The notes: generated by a model not told the origin, from the letters alone. 63,427 bases of DNA, filler included, from Vannella sp. (GCA_023345925.1; 9 parts of 9 records of this genome joined end to end with filler, not necessarily neighbours in it); one strand, 5' to 3'. Counted from the whole stretch's first letter, positions 33,232 to 44,489 are shown. Numbers and translations: made by a program.

Positions 33232-34451
33232 TTAAGCCAAAGCCAGCGGATTCCGTCCGGAAAGGACCGGAAGGGCGTCGAGCTGGCGAATGTGTGGGAG
33301 AAGCGCCAGTACTTTGTTCCGATACTGTGAATCGTGATAAACGGGGTTATGTTGGAGAACAAGCGTGTCCAGATGGCTGAATTGGCGAAGAGTGGAGACC
33401 TCTTCGAAAGATTCCACCAGATTGCCGCTCAACCAAAGCTCTTCCAGCCTAGTTAGCTTGTCTAGACCACCCAGTAGCTTGATGCGGTTCTTATCCAAGT
33501 CAAGCGTGTTCAGTTGGGTCTACCCGCTTTGTAAGCCGCCAGAGAATCGCTCCAAAAGGGTACGAACCAGCGTTTCCAAGCCCTCTATCACTTCAATCCC
33601 GTTCTCGCTGAGGTAGAGTTGTGTCAGGTTGACTAAACACTCTAATCCTTCGATTTTGGTGATCCTGTTGGCTTGTAGACTCAAGGAGGTCAGTTGGGAG
33701 AGTCCTTGAAGGTTCTAAAGGGACGGTTAACCGTCTGCTGAGCACTGGGCGGGCCCTGAGATACCTCAATACATGTGATCTTGTTCTTTCCAAGCCAGAG
33801 CTCACGTAGAGCAGGCAAATCGTCGAGTTCAACGATCTCTCGCAAGCGATTCCCTCCCAACTCCAAACAAACGAGCCGTTCCAAGCCCTGGACAGGCGGC
33901 ATGCGCTTCATCTTCGCCTCAACAAAGTACAAGTACTCCAGGTTAGGCATAGCAGCAAGGACACCGCCTTTCCGGGCCTTCTCTTCGGTGCTTGGGACCT
34001 CCTCGACAGCGGCGGCGCAAAGTTGGCGGACGGGATTGAAGCTGAGATCGAGATAGCGCAGTTTGGGGAAGCTTCTAGGGTTGCCGTTGGTATCTGGTGT
34101 GGTAAGGTACTCTACAAACAGGCCCCCATCGATCTTGTTCTCGTACAAGTCCAACTTGATGAGCGTGGGAGCAACACGGTCCAGTCCCAGCAAGGCATCG
34201 CCTGTGATTGCGTTCTGGCGCAGAGACAAGTGCACCAATTGCTCACATCGGTCCAGGTTCTCGATACGGGAGAGCCTGTTGTTGATCAGCGAAAGGTACT
34301 GAAGAGATCCCGTCAGCTTCCCCTCCCCAAGCTTCCTCCCGCTCCCACCCACCTGCAAGTTCGCTGGCACTTCGTAGTTGTTCCCAATTGCCAAGCGCGG
34401 CTGATTGGGAAAGTCAATCACGAACTCCAAGTCTTCCAAATCCGCTTCCAT
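33232..34451 (-). CDS. PPP1R7: SDS22/PPP1R7-like LRR protein
   Basis: SDS22-type LRRs (LELGGNRLREI, LWLGKNKI, LSLQANRI, LYLSENGI) and an LRR cap LQHNPV...YRNKV...LDA. Three GT-AG introns. Confidence 0.85.
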
Positions 34452-34485
34452 CTCACCCCCAGCAGATACCCAATGAATGATTGAA

Positions 34486-34596
34486 CGAATGTGTTTGCGT
34501 AGCTTGCCCTGATGACCTCCATCTCTTCAGGATAAGCTTTTGGACTGATTTCATTTTTTCACTTTTTGGGTGTTTGAGGACCCAAACAATGGGAAA
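34486..34596. repeat. Dispersed repeat, copy 2 (block order B then A)
   Basis: The 46-nt core has 4 mismatches and the 30-nt block has 1 mismatch relative to the 25241-25363 copy. Confidence 0.85.
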
Positions 34597-34963
34597 TGCC
34601 CTCGCCGCTCGTGACTTCTCGCAAAAGCATTGTGGCAGGGACTGTTGGGGACCTTCAGCGGCCTTGAAGATATTCCCCGCGCCATCAACTTTCTTTTCTT
34701 CCAAGGCAAAGTCGTCGTTCACTTGCCTAGTGAAATGTACATTTATTAGGAAAAGTGACTTTTACATGATTAACACACAAAATCCCTTCAAACGATCAAA
34801 TGTGAACGAAAAATGATTTCTTTGTGGCGGGATGCAGCGGACTCGGTTATCGGATGTCTCGAGGGAGGAAGACTTTCTGGCTGGGGATGAGAGCGCTGAG
34901 ACGTTTGTGATAGATACAGCATCTGCGTCTTCGACTGGTTCATCCAATTCGCGTCATCAAGAG

Positions 34964-36545
34964 ATGAAAGCCGCTTCAACCCGCCAACATGAGGTTACTT
35001 TCCTCCTCCTTCTCCTGGGAGCTCCATTGCTGATCTCTTTTGATTCAGAAACTCTATTCTCAAGGCAAAGAAGTCCGAGGACTCTTTATCAAGTACTCCA
35101 CAGGATCCTTCACCGCAGAGGAGCTGAAAGATGGACTCAGCAACCTTGGTATTCAGTGTACCGCCGCTCTTGATCGAGAGATAGCAGCCAACTACGGTGG
35201 AACCGTTCAGTACACAACCTTTCTTCGAGCTCTGACGTACATTAACGAAGAGTACGACCTTTCTCCTCCTCCCTTTGAAGAGAGGGTTGATTGACCCTGA
35301 ACAGGGACATTGAAGAGAGATCTGTTATCACTCCTCGACAAATGGCTCGTGTAAGTGCAGTCTGAGGGGCCCAAGCAAGCGGCTAATGACGGGATCAGGC
35401 AACCGACGTTGGAGAGACAATCTTTGGTACTTTGGCTGACTTGAAGCTCGACCAAGAAGCACCAAAGGCAACTAGCGGTGACGTCCTTACGTGGAGCTTA
35501 CCTGAGGAGCAAGCGAAGCCCTTGGTGAAGAAGTCCGTGACCCAGAAAGACTCACCTCTCCCTACTTACGAGCCCCCGGTGTATCAACGACCCAAGAACG
35601 TTCACTTTGCTATTGAGGATGCAGATGAGGCTCCTGAGATCCGTCCAATGACTCCTCAAAAGCGCAATGCCCTCATTCAGGCCTTCCTCGGTGACTCCTT
35701 GAGCTCTTCCGAGTTCCTCGTGGAGTTGGGAGCAGCTGGAGTAGTGCCCAGTGACACTCTTGCAAGAGTAAGGGACTCTTCCTCTCCCTCACAACCAGCA
35801 CTCACCAAAACTAGCTCGTTCACGATAAGGCAGAAGGCAGGGTCGTCCGTTACATGGACATCGTCAAAGAGATAACCTTTCTCCTTGACAAGGTGGCACA
35901 CACCCCTGGGAAACGGGCTCCCATCGCCAAACCAAGGTTTGTGTCCAAACCAGCCCTCTGGCCTCCTCTCACTCAACGCCAGGCCCTCTGTTGACATCTA
36001 CGACATGGCCAATGCAGCAGAGAAGGAGCACGTAGCTGCACCGCACTCTAAAGAGCAGAACGCCAGCCTACGGCTGCAACGGGACCTCCTCACGTGGAAC
36101 AACACGGCGGAGGAGGTGGCGAGCCCTTCACGTCGCGTGGGCTTGGGAGTCAACAAGGTGTCTTCAGACATCTTTAACCAGACACCAGATGCCCCAGTGA
36201 GTGCCCCTGTCAAGGCGGAGCCTCCCTCTCCCTTCAGATCTGCTTCACAGCGAGATTCCGGGGACATCTTTGGATGGAGTACTCCTCCCAAGCCTAAAGA
36301 GCGGGTATGTCAACTCTGGCCTTGTAAGAGAGCTCTTCGGCTAACTTGACGTCAGGAAGGGGAGGAAAGCAGCACGAAGAAGCTCACTTCTCGAACGAGC
36401 TCTGCTCACTCCATCGGGTCCGTTCCTTGGGGTCTGGTGCGTACTCCCTCCCCTCTTCTCCGCCTTATCGTCCTCACACTGCCAGGAGGAAGACGCCTTC
36501 ACTCACAGCAATCCGCACGCCCACACCATGACCAAACGGGGATAA
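34964..36545 (+). CDS. Uncharacterised multi-exon protein with EF-hand-like segments and repeated (S)GD[IV]xxW motifs
   Basis: ORF pieces are linked by canonical short introns. Motifs SGDVLTW, RDLLTW, SSDIFN and SGDIFGW. Exon boundaries approximate. Confidence 0.6.
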
Positions 36546-36703
36546 AGGTCCACACATGTGTTATGGAACGGCTTTCCCTCGTTTGGGAGCCCTCATCAGA
36601 CAGTCCTTGCTCAAGTCCAGGGGTCAATGCCTTGTATTGAAGCAAGAGGGCTCTTCCTCCTCCTCCTTTGGTCATGCAAACCGAAGATGCGAAGTGGTGA
36701 GCG

Positions 36704-36871
36704 TCAAAGGAAGCGGGCACTCTTGCTTCTGGAAGAGAATGAATGAGGGAGAGCCGGCTGGACAGGGCAAAGCGTGGGAGGGAGCTGATTGGTCGTGTGG
36801 TTGAGTCCGAGTTGTCCAAAGCAGTTGGATCCGAAGACCAGCAGGCCGCCTTCCTGTGGGAACGCCAATGA
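36704..36871 (-). pseudogene. RCC1-repeat family C-terminal fragment
   Basis: Translates SLAFPQEGGLLVFGSNCFGQLGLNHTTNQLPPTLCPVQPALPHSFSSRSKSARFL*; high nucleotide similarity to 44736-44822. Not in the ORF track. Confidence 0.85.
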
Positions 36872-36949
36872 ATCCGAAATGCCACGTGGCGGATGTCCAT
36901 TGGACCCGAGGACGCTCTAGAGCGCCTTAGGTACACCACCAACAACCGA

Positions 36950-37548
36950 GGTTGACACACCAACAGGACAATACCAGGTACTTCATTAAAGCGTGCGAAA
37001 TGCACTCTTTTGACATCCCTGTAGGCGATGAGGGCTGCAACCAGACGATTCAAACACTCTTGGATGGCATCAATAGTGCAGGGGAGTTCCCATTCATCAT
37101 AAGTCAGGGGTGTGCAAAGAGGTATCAACAGAGCATGTTGGAAAAGTCTCTTGTGCCTGGCCATGCCACCCAAGTGCGGGTTGACTTCATTAAACTGGAT
37201 AGGAATCGATGCGAGCACCGGATGGAGCGCTTGTCTTCCACTCTCTGATGTTATTCATCTTGAATAAGGCAGAGGCAATGGTGCGGATAAAGATGGGAGA
37301 GTTACACGACACAAACTCTGAAGTGATGATCTTGGCCTTCGTCGAAGGATTCCAGGGTCGGCTACAGTCAGGGATCACACGGATGACTCCATTAGATGCA
37401 GCAAGCTAGTTTGAGGCGGTGGAGCTAAGCCAGCAATCACGCGAAGAGTTAAGCTAGTCAACACTAATAGAGGGTATTGAGGAACGCAGAGGACTGGAGG
37501 ATAAGAAGAAGTGTATTAGAGCTTCAGATTAGAAGCTTTAGTAGCAGG
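36950..37548 (+). mobile_element. Possible degenerate LTR-retrotransposon gag remnant
   Basis: Stop-riddled frames with gag-like character (EVMILAFVEGFQGRLQ; EERRGLEDKKKC) at a contig end. No RT or integrase visible. Confidence 0.25.
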
Positions 37549-37648
37549 NNNNNNNNNNNNNNNNNNNNNNNNNNNNNNNNNNNNNNNNNNNNTTAATTAA
37601 TTAANNNNNNNNNNNNNNNNNNNNNNNNNNNNNNNNNNNNNNNNNNNN
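37549..37648. other. Artificial contig linker
   Basis: N-run + TTAATTAATTAA + N-run. Confidence 0.98.
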
Positions 37649-37716
37649 TGAAGGGGAAATGAAGGGGAAATGAAAGGGGAAATGAAAGGGGAAATGAAAG
37701 GGAAATGACAGGGAAA
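37649..37716 (+). repeat. Minisatellite, about 6 copies of an 11-12 nt TGAA(A)GGGGAAA unit
   Basis: Directly visible at the contig start, degenerating towards the gene. Confidence 0.9.
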
Positions 37717-37737
37717 TGCGGGCATTTTATTGGGCTG

Positions 37738-40700
37738 ATGAGTGGGCGAAGGGCACCTTGCCCTGCAGGAAGCGGCTGTGTTAATAGGAGGAGTTGCCTG
37801 CTTTGGCATCCAAAACCTTGTTGGAAGGGCCCTCGTTGTCCTAAACAAAGCAGCTGCAGGTTTGATCATTCCCCTCAAACAAGTTCGCTCCCATCAAAGA
37901 GGACTTCCACACGAGAGGATGTTCTTGAGAGCCTCCTGGCGAGGCTGTTCGCTAACAAGAATTGCTGTTGGATAGATTGTTCAAGAGAGCATCTCAGGGG
38001 CCGCATCCAGCCTTGTCCTGTGCGATATCATGATGAAGCTTCCATGGAAGTGACGCTCTGCTGTCCCTTTCTTCACCGGACGGACAACTGCCCTTCTTTT
38101 GTGGGAATCAAAGACCTTCTGATCGATTCCTTAACATATGATCCTCGTTCCTCCTTGTCTACATCCCTGTTAGAGTGCTTTGAAGTGATGAACACCTTCC
38201 TCTGCGCCATCATCCGAAAGAAGCGAGAAGTGAAGCCAGCAAACTCCCTTGAGGTCAATGAGATCATTGAGGGTCTTATCAAAGAGATGTACATGATTAT
38301 TGAGGTGTTCTGTGACGCCGTTTTGGGCTCTTGCCCGCTCTCTCCAAGAGAGACCTTCGAAGAGAGAGATCGCCTCTACCTCACTCAATTGGTGTTCCGC
38401 CTACAACCTTACACTTTAGAGTACTCCAGCGGTGAAGGAACAGCTCCAAAGAAGACATTTTCCTCTCCCTTGCCCGCTCTGGGCGTTTCAATAACCATCA
38501 AAGACCTGGTGAAAGCCAACGATGTTGTGATCATTCCCGGACAAACTGGTTCAGGAAAGAGCACGCAAGTCCCTCAGTATCTGGCCGATGTTTTCCAGAA
38601 GAAGGTTCTCTGTACTCAGCCTCGCAAGCTGGCTGCGATTTCGCTTGGTGCTCGAGTTGAGTTTGAACACAGTCCTCACATTCTGACTCCACCTGATTCC
38701 CGAGAAGCACGGTCTGTTGGCCATTGTGTTGGAGGAGATTACGTGGAAGGATCTCGTATTATGTACTTTACAGAGCAGAAGTTATTGGATAATCTGAATA
38801 ACCCAGAATGGCGTTCGAGACTTCTGGAAACCTATGAAGTGATCATTATTGATGAAGCTCATGAGCGGAGCATCACTATGGACATTCTCTTGGGCTACCT
38901 CCGCGATTTGTTGAGCTCGTCCGTAAAGAAACCAAAGGTCGTCATCACATCTGCCACAATCGATGTTGAAAAGTTCCTGGAGTACTTTCGGCAAGCTAAA
39001 TTGAAGGTAGCTTCGGTTGAAATCCCTGGAAGGACCTTTCCTATTGCAGTGAGTTACTTACCGCTCTTGGGCAAAGGAGACTTCTTAGATCATTGCGTCC
39101 ATGAAGCATACAAATATGCGACTTCAGATGAAGAGGGCCATGTTTTAGTATTCGTAACTGGTGTCGACGAAGTGGAATACTGTTTGAAGGAGTGTCAAAC
39201 ATTGTGCAAGCGGCAGAACACGCGAGATGTTGAAGTTTTAGGTCTGTACGGTAAGCAGAAGAATAGCGAGCAGCAGAAAATCTTTCAAACGACAAGAGAA
39301 AGGAGAATCATCTTTTCTACAAATGTGGCTGAAACCTCCTTGACCATTCCCGGCATCCGATGTGTCATTGACTCTGGAAAGGAAAAGGAGGCGGTGTTTG
39401 ATCACCAGCGGAACATGGTCGTCCTTCGTTCACAAGACATCTCTCAAGACTCTGCGATCCAACGTGCTGGCCGCGCAGGGAGGACCGCACCTGGGCGGTG
39501 TATTAGGCTCTATTCTGAAGAGGCATTCAATTCAATGAACATTTCCCGGAAGCCAGAGATTTTACGTACTTCTCTGGGAACGACTTGGACTGTGCTGAAA
39601 GAGCATCACATCGAAATGAGAACCTTTCCTTGGATTGACCCACCCGCTTTGGAGGACATCAGACTGACTGAAGAGCAGCTCACCTTCCTTCAGGCCATCA
39701 GTCTAACCGGAGAGCTGACTCAACTTGGATCCTTTATTGCAAAGAATCAGCTTGATCCATCCATCGGTAAACTCTTGTGGGAGGGTAAGCAGAGAAACCT
39801 CTTGGTGGCTGCTGTTGCACTAGCAGGAATAATGACTTCAGATTCTATTTGGTGGTACGGCGGAGACACTAAACGAAAACGAGAATGTACCGCAAAGAAA
39901 CAGAACCTCCTTGATCAGCTCGGAATAACTTCCCAAGGAGACGTTGTGACAGAGTACAGAGTTTTCCATCATTGGTCAAAGCTAAACGTCCAATCCAATG
40001 GCTTCATCAAGAAGGAGTCATTCAAGTGGTGCAGTGATCACTCTCTGAATGCAAACAACATAGGATTAGCCCTTTCTATGATGAAGGAGTTCTACCGCAC
40101 TAGAGATTTGGGAAATTCTCAATTCAAGGTTCACATGATTCCTGATGTTTCAGAAGCAGACTTGACTGAGCTGATAGCCTCTTCCTTCTTTCTCAACACT
40201 GCAATTAATGAAGCAAACGGTCGATACCTTTGTGCCATGCAGGGTACTCAAGCAAAGCTGAGTCCATCTTCTAGATGTACCAATGTACCAATGATTATTT
40301 ATCAGCAGTTGCTACGCACCACGGGCAATTATCTATCTCGCAATACCCCAGTCACTCGAGAAATGATCGAACGGAACCTCCCACCAGAGCTGTTTCAAAG
40401 ATTTCTGAAATGTGTCAACTTGAACCAACGAGAGAAGCAAACTTTGGCAGTTTCCAAGATACTACTAGATAAGCTTTGTGGCAGTGGTGGCTCAAAGTTG
40501 CGACAACTGGAGAAACATGTCAACGCTCTCTTAGATGTTGACCGGAATCGTTGTGAATTAACCGTTTCTGCAACCCCTCTCCAAATGAGAGCTGCTCTGT
40601 CCTCTCTCACACAGATTATTAATACCCATGCCATGCAAATTGAGAAGGAAGTGGAGGAAATTCCTCTTGTTGGAGGAACAAGGTTGATTATGAGTCAGGG

Positions 40701-42912
40701 AGGCGCTATTCAGCAAGTACTCCTTGGCGAAGAGTTTCTCAAAGTATTCTTTTCCCACCTTCCTCCTGGAACAACCGTTGCCAAGTTGTTAGCTCACATC
40801 AACTCTTGCGGTTTCAGACTGGCAGAGGACAATTTCTTCTCCTGTGAGATATTCCAGAATTCTTCTGCCTGCTTTATGTGTATGCAACCGATTCTAGCTG
40901 CACGCATTGTTGAAAGAGTCCACAATACTGCTATTGGGAGAGAGGGGACGATCACCTGCCAGGCTATGGGTCGCTCTGACGTATCTTCGGTGCAAGTGGC
41001 CGACTATATGCTTGAAATTCGCTGGCCAGTTGGCCCACCTACTGGCAGAGGGACAGTCACATTCCTTCGTATTGAAGAGGCAAATGGTGTCTTGGAAAAC
41101 TACCTTAACATTCCAGAACTGAGAAGAATGGGAATCGAAGTAATTCTACCTCCTCAGGACGAATTAAAGGGCTGCACAATCTCAGACGAAGGTGTTTGGT
41201 ACATCCCAACCTCAGCAAAGGGAAAGAAGCCCGCTCAATTCAAGTTCTACCTCGCTGAACTTCCAGAAGATGTAACAGAGGCTCAATTACGGAACCTGTT
41301 CGCACAGCTGGGAAAGGTTGGCAAGTGCACTATCGAAAGGGAGCAAACAGAACACTTTGACGAAGACTTTGAGACAAGCGTGGTCATGATCAAGTCAATC
41401 CCTTGCGTCAGCGAAGAGCTGAGCTTTGATATCTTCCCTGATCAGAATCTCCTTGCAGGGATGAATATCCAAGTGCAGACAATTGAAGAGGGTCTCGGAT
41501 TTGTAGAGCAAATAGCAGATTCTCCCTACCGATTCTTTGAGCAGCCAGCCCAAGCTAGACTCAAGGTCCAGTATAACTTAGCCTTCCACACAAGCATCTT
41601 TAATGCACTCCGAAACGACTTTACCCGGTTACAGGAGAGAGCGGAGGAGAAAGGAATTTCTGTCTATCAAAAACAGGGCTCCACGCAAGTGACCTTCAGT
41701 TTGAGTGTATTTGCTGATTCAAGCTCCTTAATTGAGAACCAACAAAGAGTCAAGGCTCTACAATCCCTTTGTGTAGCTTTTGGACAGGTTGTAGAACCAG
41801 AGCTGTACGAGCATGAGCACATTTCCTTCTTATTTAGCCAGCTTGGCTCTATTTTCCTCCAGAAGCTGGATAACTCTACACCAGACGCCTACATTCACTG
41901 GCAAAAGTCAAATAAGACAGTCCGCCTGTATGGGTCTGGCCTGCATAGACAGGTGCTGAGGCAAAGCCTTGATGCTCATCTTGACCAATTCTACGATTGT
42001 GTGGATGTTGGGCCATTCTTCTTCCAGCGCAAGCATGCTGCCCAAGTTACTCGCCAACTCTTTGGCGTGGCTAAGGATCCTAACATTCTCTGGTTCTATG
42101 TGGAAGGGAAACAACGTTATTTCACGTTTAAGGTAGTAAATGAGCAACGAGCTCTGCACAAGATTGCAAAAGTAATGGCAGGAATCCCCTATTCGGCCCT
42201 TTTGAAGGAAACGGATGTCATTCAAGAGGTGCCAGAGTCCAGCCAGTGCTCCCACTGCGAAGAAGGCGAATGTGATATCAAACTTCAGGTTTGTGCCCAT
42301 CCTTATCACACTGCCTGTCTCTCTGGACCATCCCCTTCTGTCATGGTCCGCCATGACCGAAGCACACTTTCCGCAGACATTCCCCTCTTTTGCCGTCACT
42401 CCCATTGCCGGAAGATGATTGCTTGGAGGGAGATATCCAGTTTACTGAATGGAAAACACCTTCAAGACCTCATCTCTGCCAGCCTTGACAAGTTCCTCCT
42501 TCTCCAGTCAAGTCAATATGTCGCTTGCTTTGGTGTCGACTGTCGCCAGATATTCCACCGCGACCAAGCAGAGTACAACTGCGACCAATGCGCTCAGGTT
42601 TACTGCAGCTTCTGCACGTTGAGGAAGCGGTCTGCCGTCCGCATACATCCCGGCATTCCTTGCCACAAGGTCAATGACGAGGAAGGAATTGACTTGGGTG
42701 ACTTTGGGATCAAGGAATGCCCCAGCTGTCACCAAGGCGTCCAAAAGGCGGAGGGATGTGACCATGTCCAATGCCCTACATGCAAAGTCCACTTCTGTTG
42801 GGGCTGTTTGTACATCGGGAACCATGAATATTGCTTTCCGCCCTGCAGAGAACTCGAATGTCACTTTATCTATCACCACATGGAGCACTGCCCACTTTCC
42901 AGCTACACTTGA
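37738..42912 (+). CDS. CCCH-DEAH helicase-KH/RRM-RBR E3 ligase (plant DEAH11/DEAH12-like), intronless
   Basis: Two CCCH fingers; GQTGSGKST, DEAH, SAT, STNVAETSLT, QRAGRAGR; KH GxxG (CGSGG); RRM; RING1-IBR-RING2 with catalytic GCDH. Confidence 0.92.
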   Translation: MSGRRAPCPAGSGCVNRRSCLLWHPKPCWKGPRCPKQSSCRFDHSPQTSSLPSKRTSTREDVLESLLARLFANKNCCWIDCSREHLRGRIQPCPVRYHDEASMEVTLCCPFLHRTDNCPSFVGIKDLLIDSLTYDPRSSLSTSLLECFEVMNTFLCAIIRKKREVKPANSLEVNEIIEGLIKEMYMIIEVFCDAVLGSCPLSPRETFEERDRLYLTQLVFRLQPYTLEYSSGEGTAPKKTFSSPLPALGVSITIKDLVKANDVVIIPGQTGSGKSTQVPQYLADVFQKKVLCTQPRKLAAISLGARVEFEHSPHILTPPDSREARSVGHCVGGDYVEGSRIMYFTEQKLLDNLNNPEWRSRLLETYEVIIIDEAHERSITMDILLGYLRDLLSSSVKKPKVVITSATIDVEKFLEYFRQAKLKVASVEIPGRTFPIAVSYLPLLGKGDFLDHCVHEAYKYATSDEEGHVLVFVTGVDEVEYCLKECQTLCKRQNTRDVEVLGLYGKQKNSEQQKIFQTTRERRIIFSTNVAETSLTIPGIRCVIDSGKEKEAVFDHQRNMVVLRSQDISQDSAIQRAGRAGRTAPGRCIRLYSEEAFNSMNISRKPEILRTSLGTTWTVLKEHHIEMRTFPWIDPPALEDIRLTEEQLTFLQAISLTGELTQLGSFIAKNQLDPSIGKLLWEGKQRNLLVAAVALAGIMTSDSIWWYGGDTKRKRECTAKKQNLLDQLGITSQGDVVTEYRVFHHWSKLNVQSNGFIKKESFKWCSDHSLNANNIGLALSMMKEFYRTRDLGNSQFKVHMIPDVSEADLTELIASSFFLNTAINEANGRYLCAMQGTQAKLSPSSRCTNVPMIIYQQLLRTTGNYLSRNTPVTREMIERNLPPELFQRFLKCVNLNQREKQTLAVSKILLDKLCGSGGSKLRQLEKHVNALLDVDRNRCELTVSATPLQMRAALSSLTQIINTHAMQIEKEVEEIPLVGGTRLIMSQGGAIQQVLLGEEFLKVFFSHLPPGTTVAKLLAHINSCGFRLAEDNFFSCEIFQNSSACFMCMQPILAARIVERVHNTAIGREGTITCQAMGRSDVSSVQVADYMLEIRWPVGPPTGRGTVTFLRIEEANGVLENYLNIPELRRMGIEVILPPQDELKGCTISDEGVWYIPTSAKGKKPAQFKFYLAELPEDVTEAQLRNLFAQLGKVGKCTIEREQTEHFDEDFETSVVMIKSIPCVSEELSFDIFPDQNLLAGMNIQVQTIEEGLGFVEQIADSPYRFFEQPAQARLKVQYNLAFHTSIFNALRNDFTRLQERAEEKGISVYQKQGSTQVTFSLSVFADSSSLIENQQRVKALQSLCVAFGQVVEPELYEHEHISFLFSQLGSIFLQKLDNSTPDAYIHWQKSNKTVRLYGSGLHRQVLRQSLDAHLDQFYDCVDVGPFFFQRKHAAQVTRQLFGVAKDPNILWFYVEGKQRYFTFKVVNEQRALHKIAKVMAGIPYSALLKETDVIQEVPESSQCSHCEEGECDIKLQVCAHPYHTACLSGPSPSVMVRHDRSTLSADIPLFCRHSHCRKMIAWREISSLLNGKHLQDLISASLDKFLLLQSSQYVACFGVDCRQIFHRDQAEYNCDQCAQVYCSFCTLRKRSAVRIHPGIPCHKVNDEEGIDLGDFGIKECPSCHQGVQKAEGCDHVQCPTCKVHFCWGCLYIGNHEYCFPPCRELECHFIYHHMEHCPLSSYT

Positions 42913-42951
42913 TGGGACTCATACCTTACACTCTCACTAAAACACTCTTCT

Positions 42952-44489
42952 ATGTCCCGCTTGGCACTGTTGGTGGTTCTGGGGACCTTGGGCACGCTCC
43001 TCTTGAACCTACCGTTGTTGTTTATGCTTCCAGGGAGTCCTTTGCTTCAAGTCAGAGAGTCTGAGACAGTCTCTATGCTAGTTAGCAACACACCTTCACC
43101 CAGTAACTCGCCGTCCCTACGTCAGAGCGCAAGTTCTTCACCGAGCGTGGTGGCCAAGAGGGCGAACAGCACGTACCCGAACGTGCACACCTTCTACTAT
43201 GGATGGTATGGAGATCCAGAGACGAACGGAATGTGGATGCATTGGAACCACCAGGTCTTGCCTGATTGGCGAGTGAAAGGCGAGAAGTTCTCCTCCCAAG
43301 GCGCAGCTTGTCTCATATACCGTAGATCCACCTCCTGGCGAGTTCTTTCAACCGCCTGAAGAGTTAGGAAGCAACTTCTATCCTCTATTAGGCCCATACT
43401 CCTCTGCAAGTGACCAAATCTTGCATGCGCATGGCGAGCAGGTGAGGAAGACATCTTCTCTTCGTAGTTTGGTCTTTCTCACACATTCTAGATGGCACTT
43501 GCTGGTATCGGTAATGCAGTAGTTAGCTGGTATCCAGTAGATCAATCCGATGCCCAGATTAAGAGCAAACCGGGGTACTCGGACTCTCTTATGCACAAAA
43601 TGCTCAAAATATTCCCCCTTTATGGAGTCCAAGGTTGCTCTTTTGATCTTGGGATGCTCATATGACTAATGGAACGTAGTGAGCATTCATTTGGAGCCAT
43701 ACGAGGGAAGGAACGAGAATACTGTTCGAAGGGACATTGAGTACATTGTTGACCATTACTCTGGACCTGGCCTATTTCTTGACGCCAGCAACCGCCCTGT
43801 AGTATTTATATACGACTCATACCACACCCCCTCTTCCGGATGGTCTAAAATCTTCCAACCAAGTAAGTTACAGTTCCTGTGAGAATCCCATTCACCAAAG
43901 AAGTGGGAAGTATTTCCCTTAGAGGCACCAAATACGATGTTACAGCGATTGGCCTCTATCTAGAGAGGAAGGATCAATCGTTCATGGTGGAGTGTAAGTG
44001 AATTTCAGAGAAGTAATTCGATTAATGTGTTCCTCAGCTGGGTTTGATGGTTTCTACACCTATTTCGGTGCGTTGGGATTTACAGAAGGCAGCACGCCTG
44101 CTCGGTGGCCTGAAATTCAAGCATTTGCAGTGAAGAATAAGCTCCAATTCATTCCTTCCGTATCTCCAGGGTATGTCGATACGCGCATTCGACCTTGGAA
44201 TGCAGTTAACACACGATCTCGTGAAGTAAGTCCAATCAAGTGAGATTAATAAGCTCCTCACATCCGATAGAATGGGAAATACTATGACAATATGTGGGAA
44301 GCAGCTATTCAGTGTGAGCCTGCCAGTATTAGTGTTACCAGCTTCAATGAGTGGCACGAAGGATCTCAAATCGAACCAGCCCGCCCTTCCACTTCCCACT
44401 ATCTGGACTACGCACCGCACGAGCCTTTCTATTATTTGACCCGAACCAGGCATTGGGCTGAAGCATTTCAACTCAAGTCTCCTCAATGA
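42952..44489 (+). CDS. MANEA: Glycoprotein endo-alpha-1,2-mannosidase (GH99), type II membrane protein, multi-exon
   Basis: HTFYYGWYG, HWNH, GSNFYPLLGPYSS, HLEPY, GFDGFYTYF, PGYVDTRIRPWN and SFNEWHEGSQIEPA. The first intron is GC-AG (43280-43325). Confidence 0.92.

Noticed and set aside
37649..37716. Telomeric repeat
   Set aside because: The G-rich strand points into the contig (wrong polarity for a chromosome end) and unit length varies.
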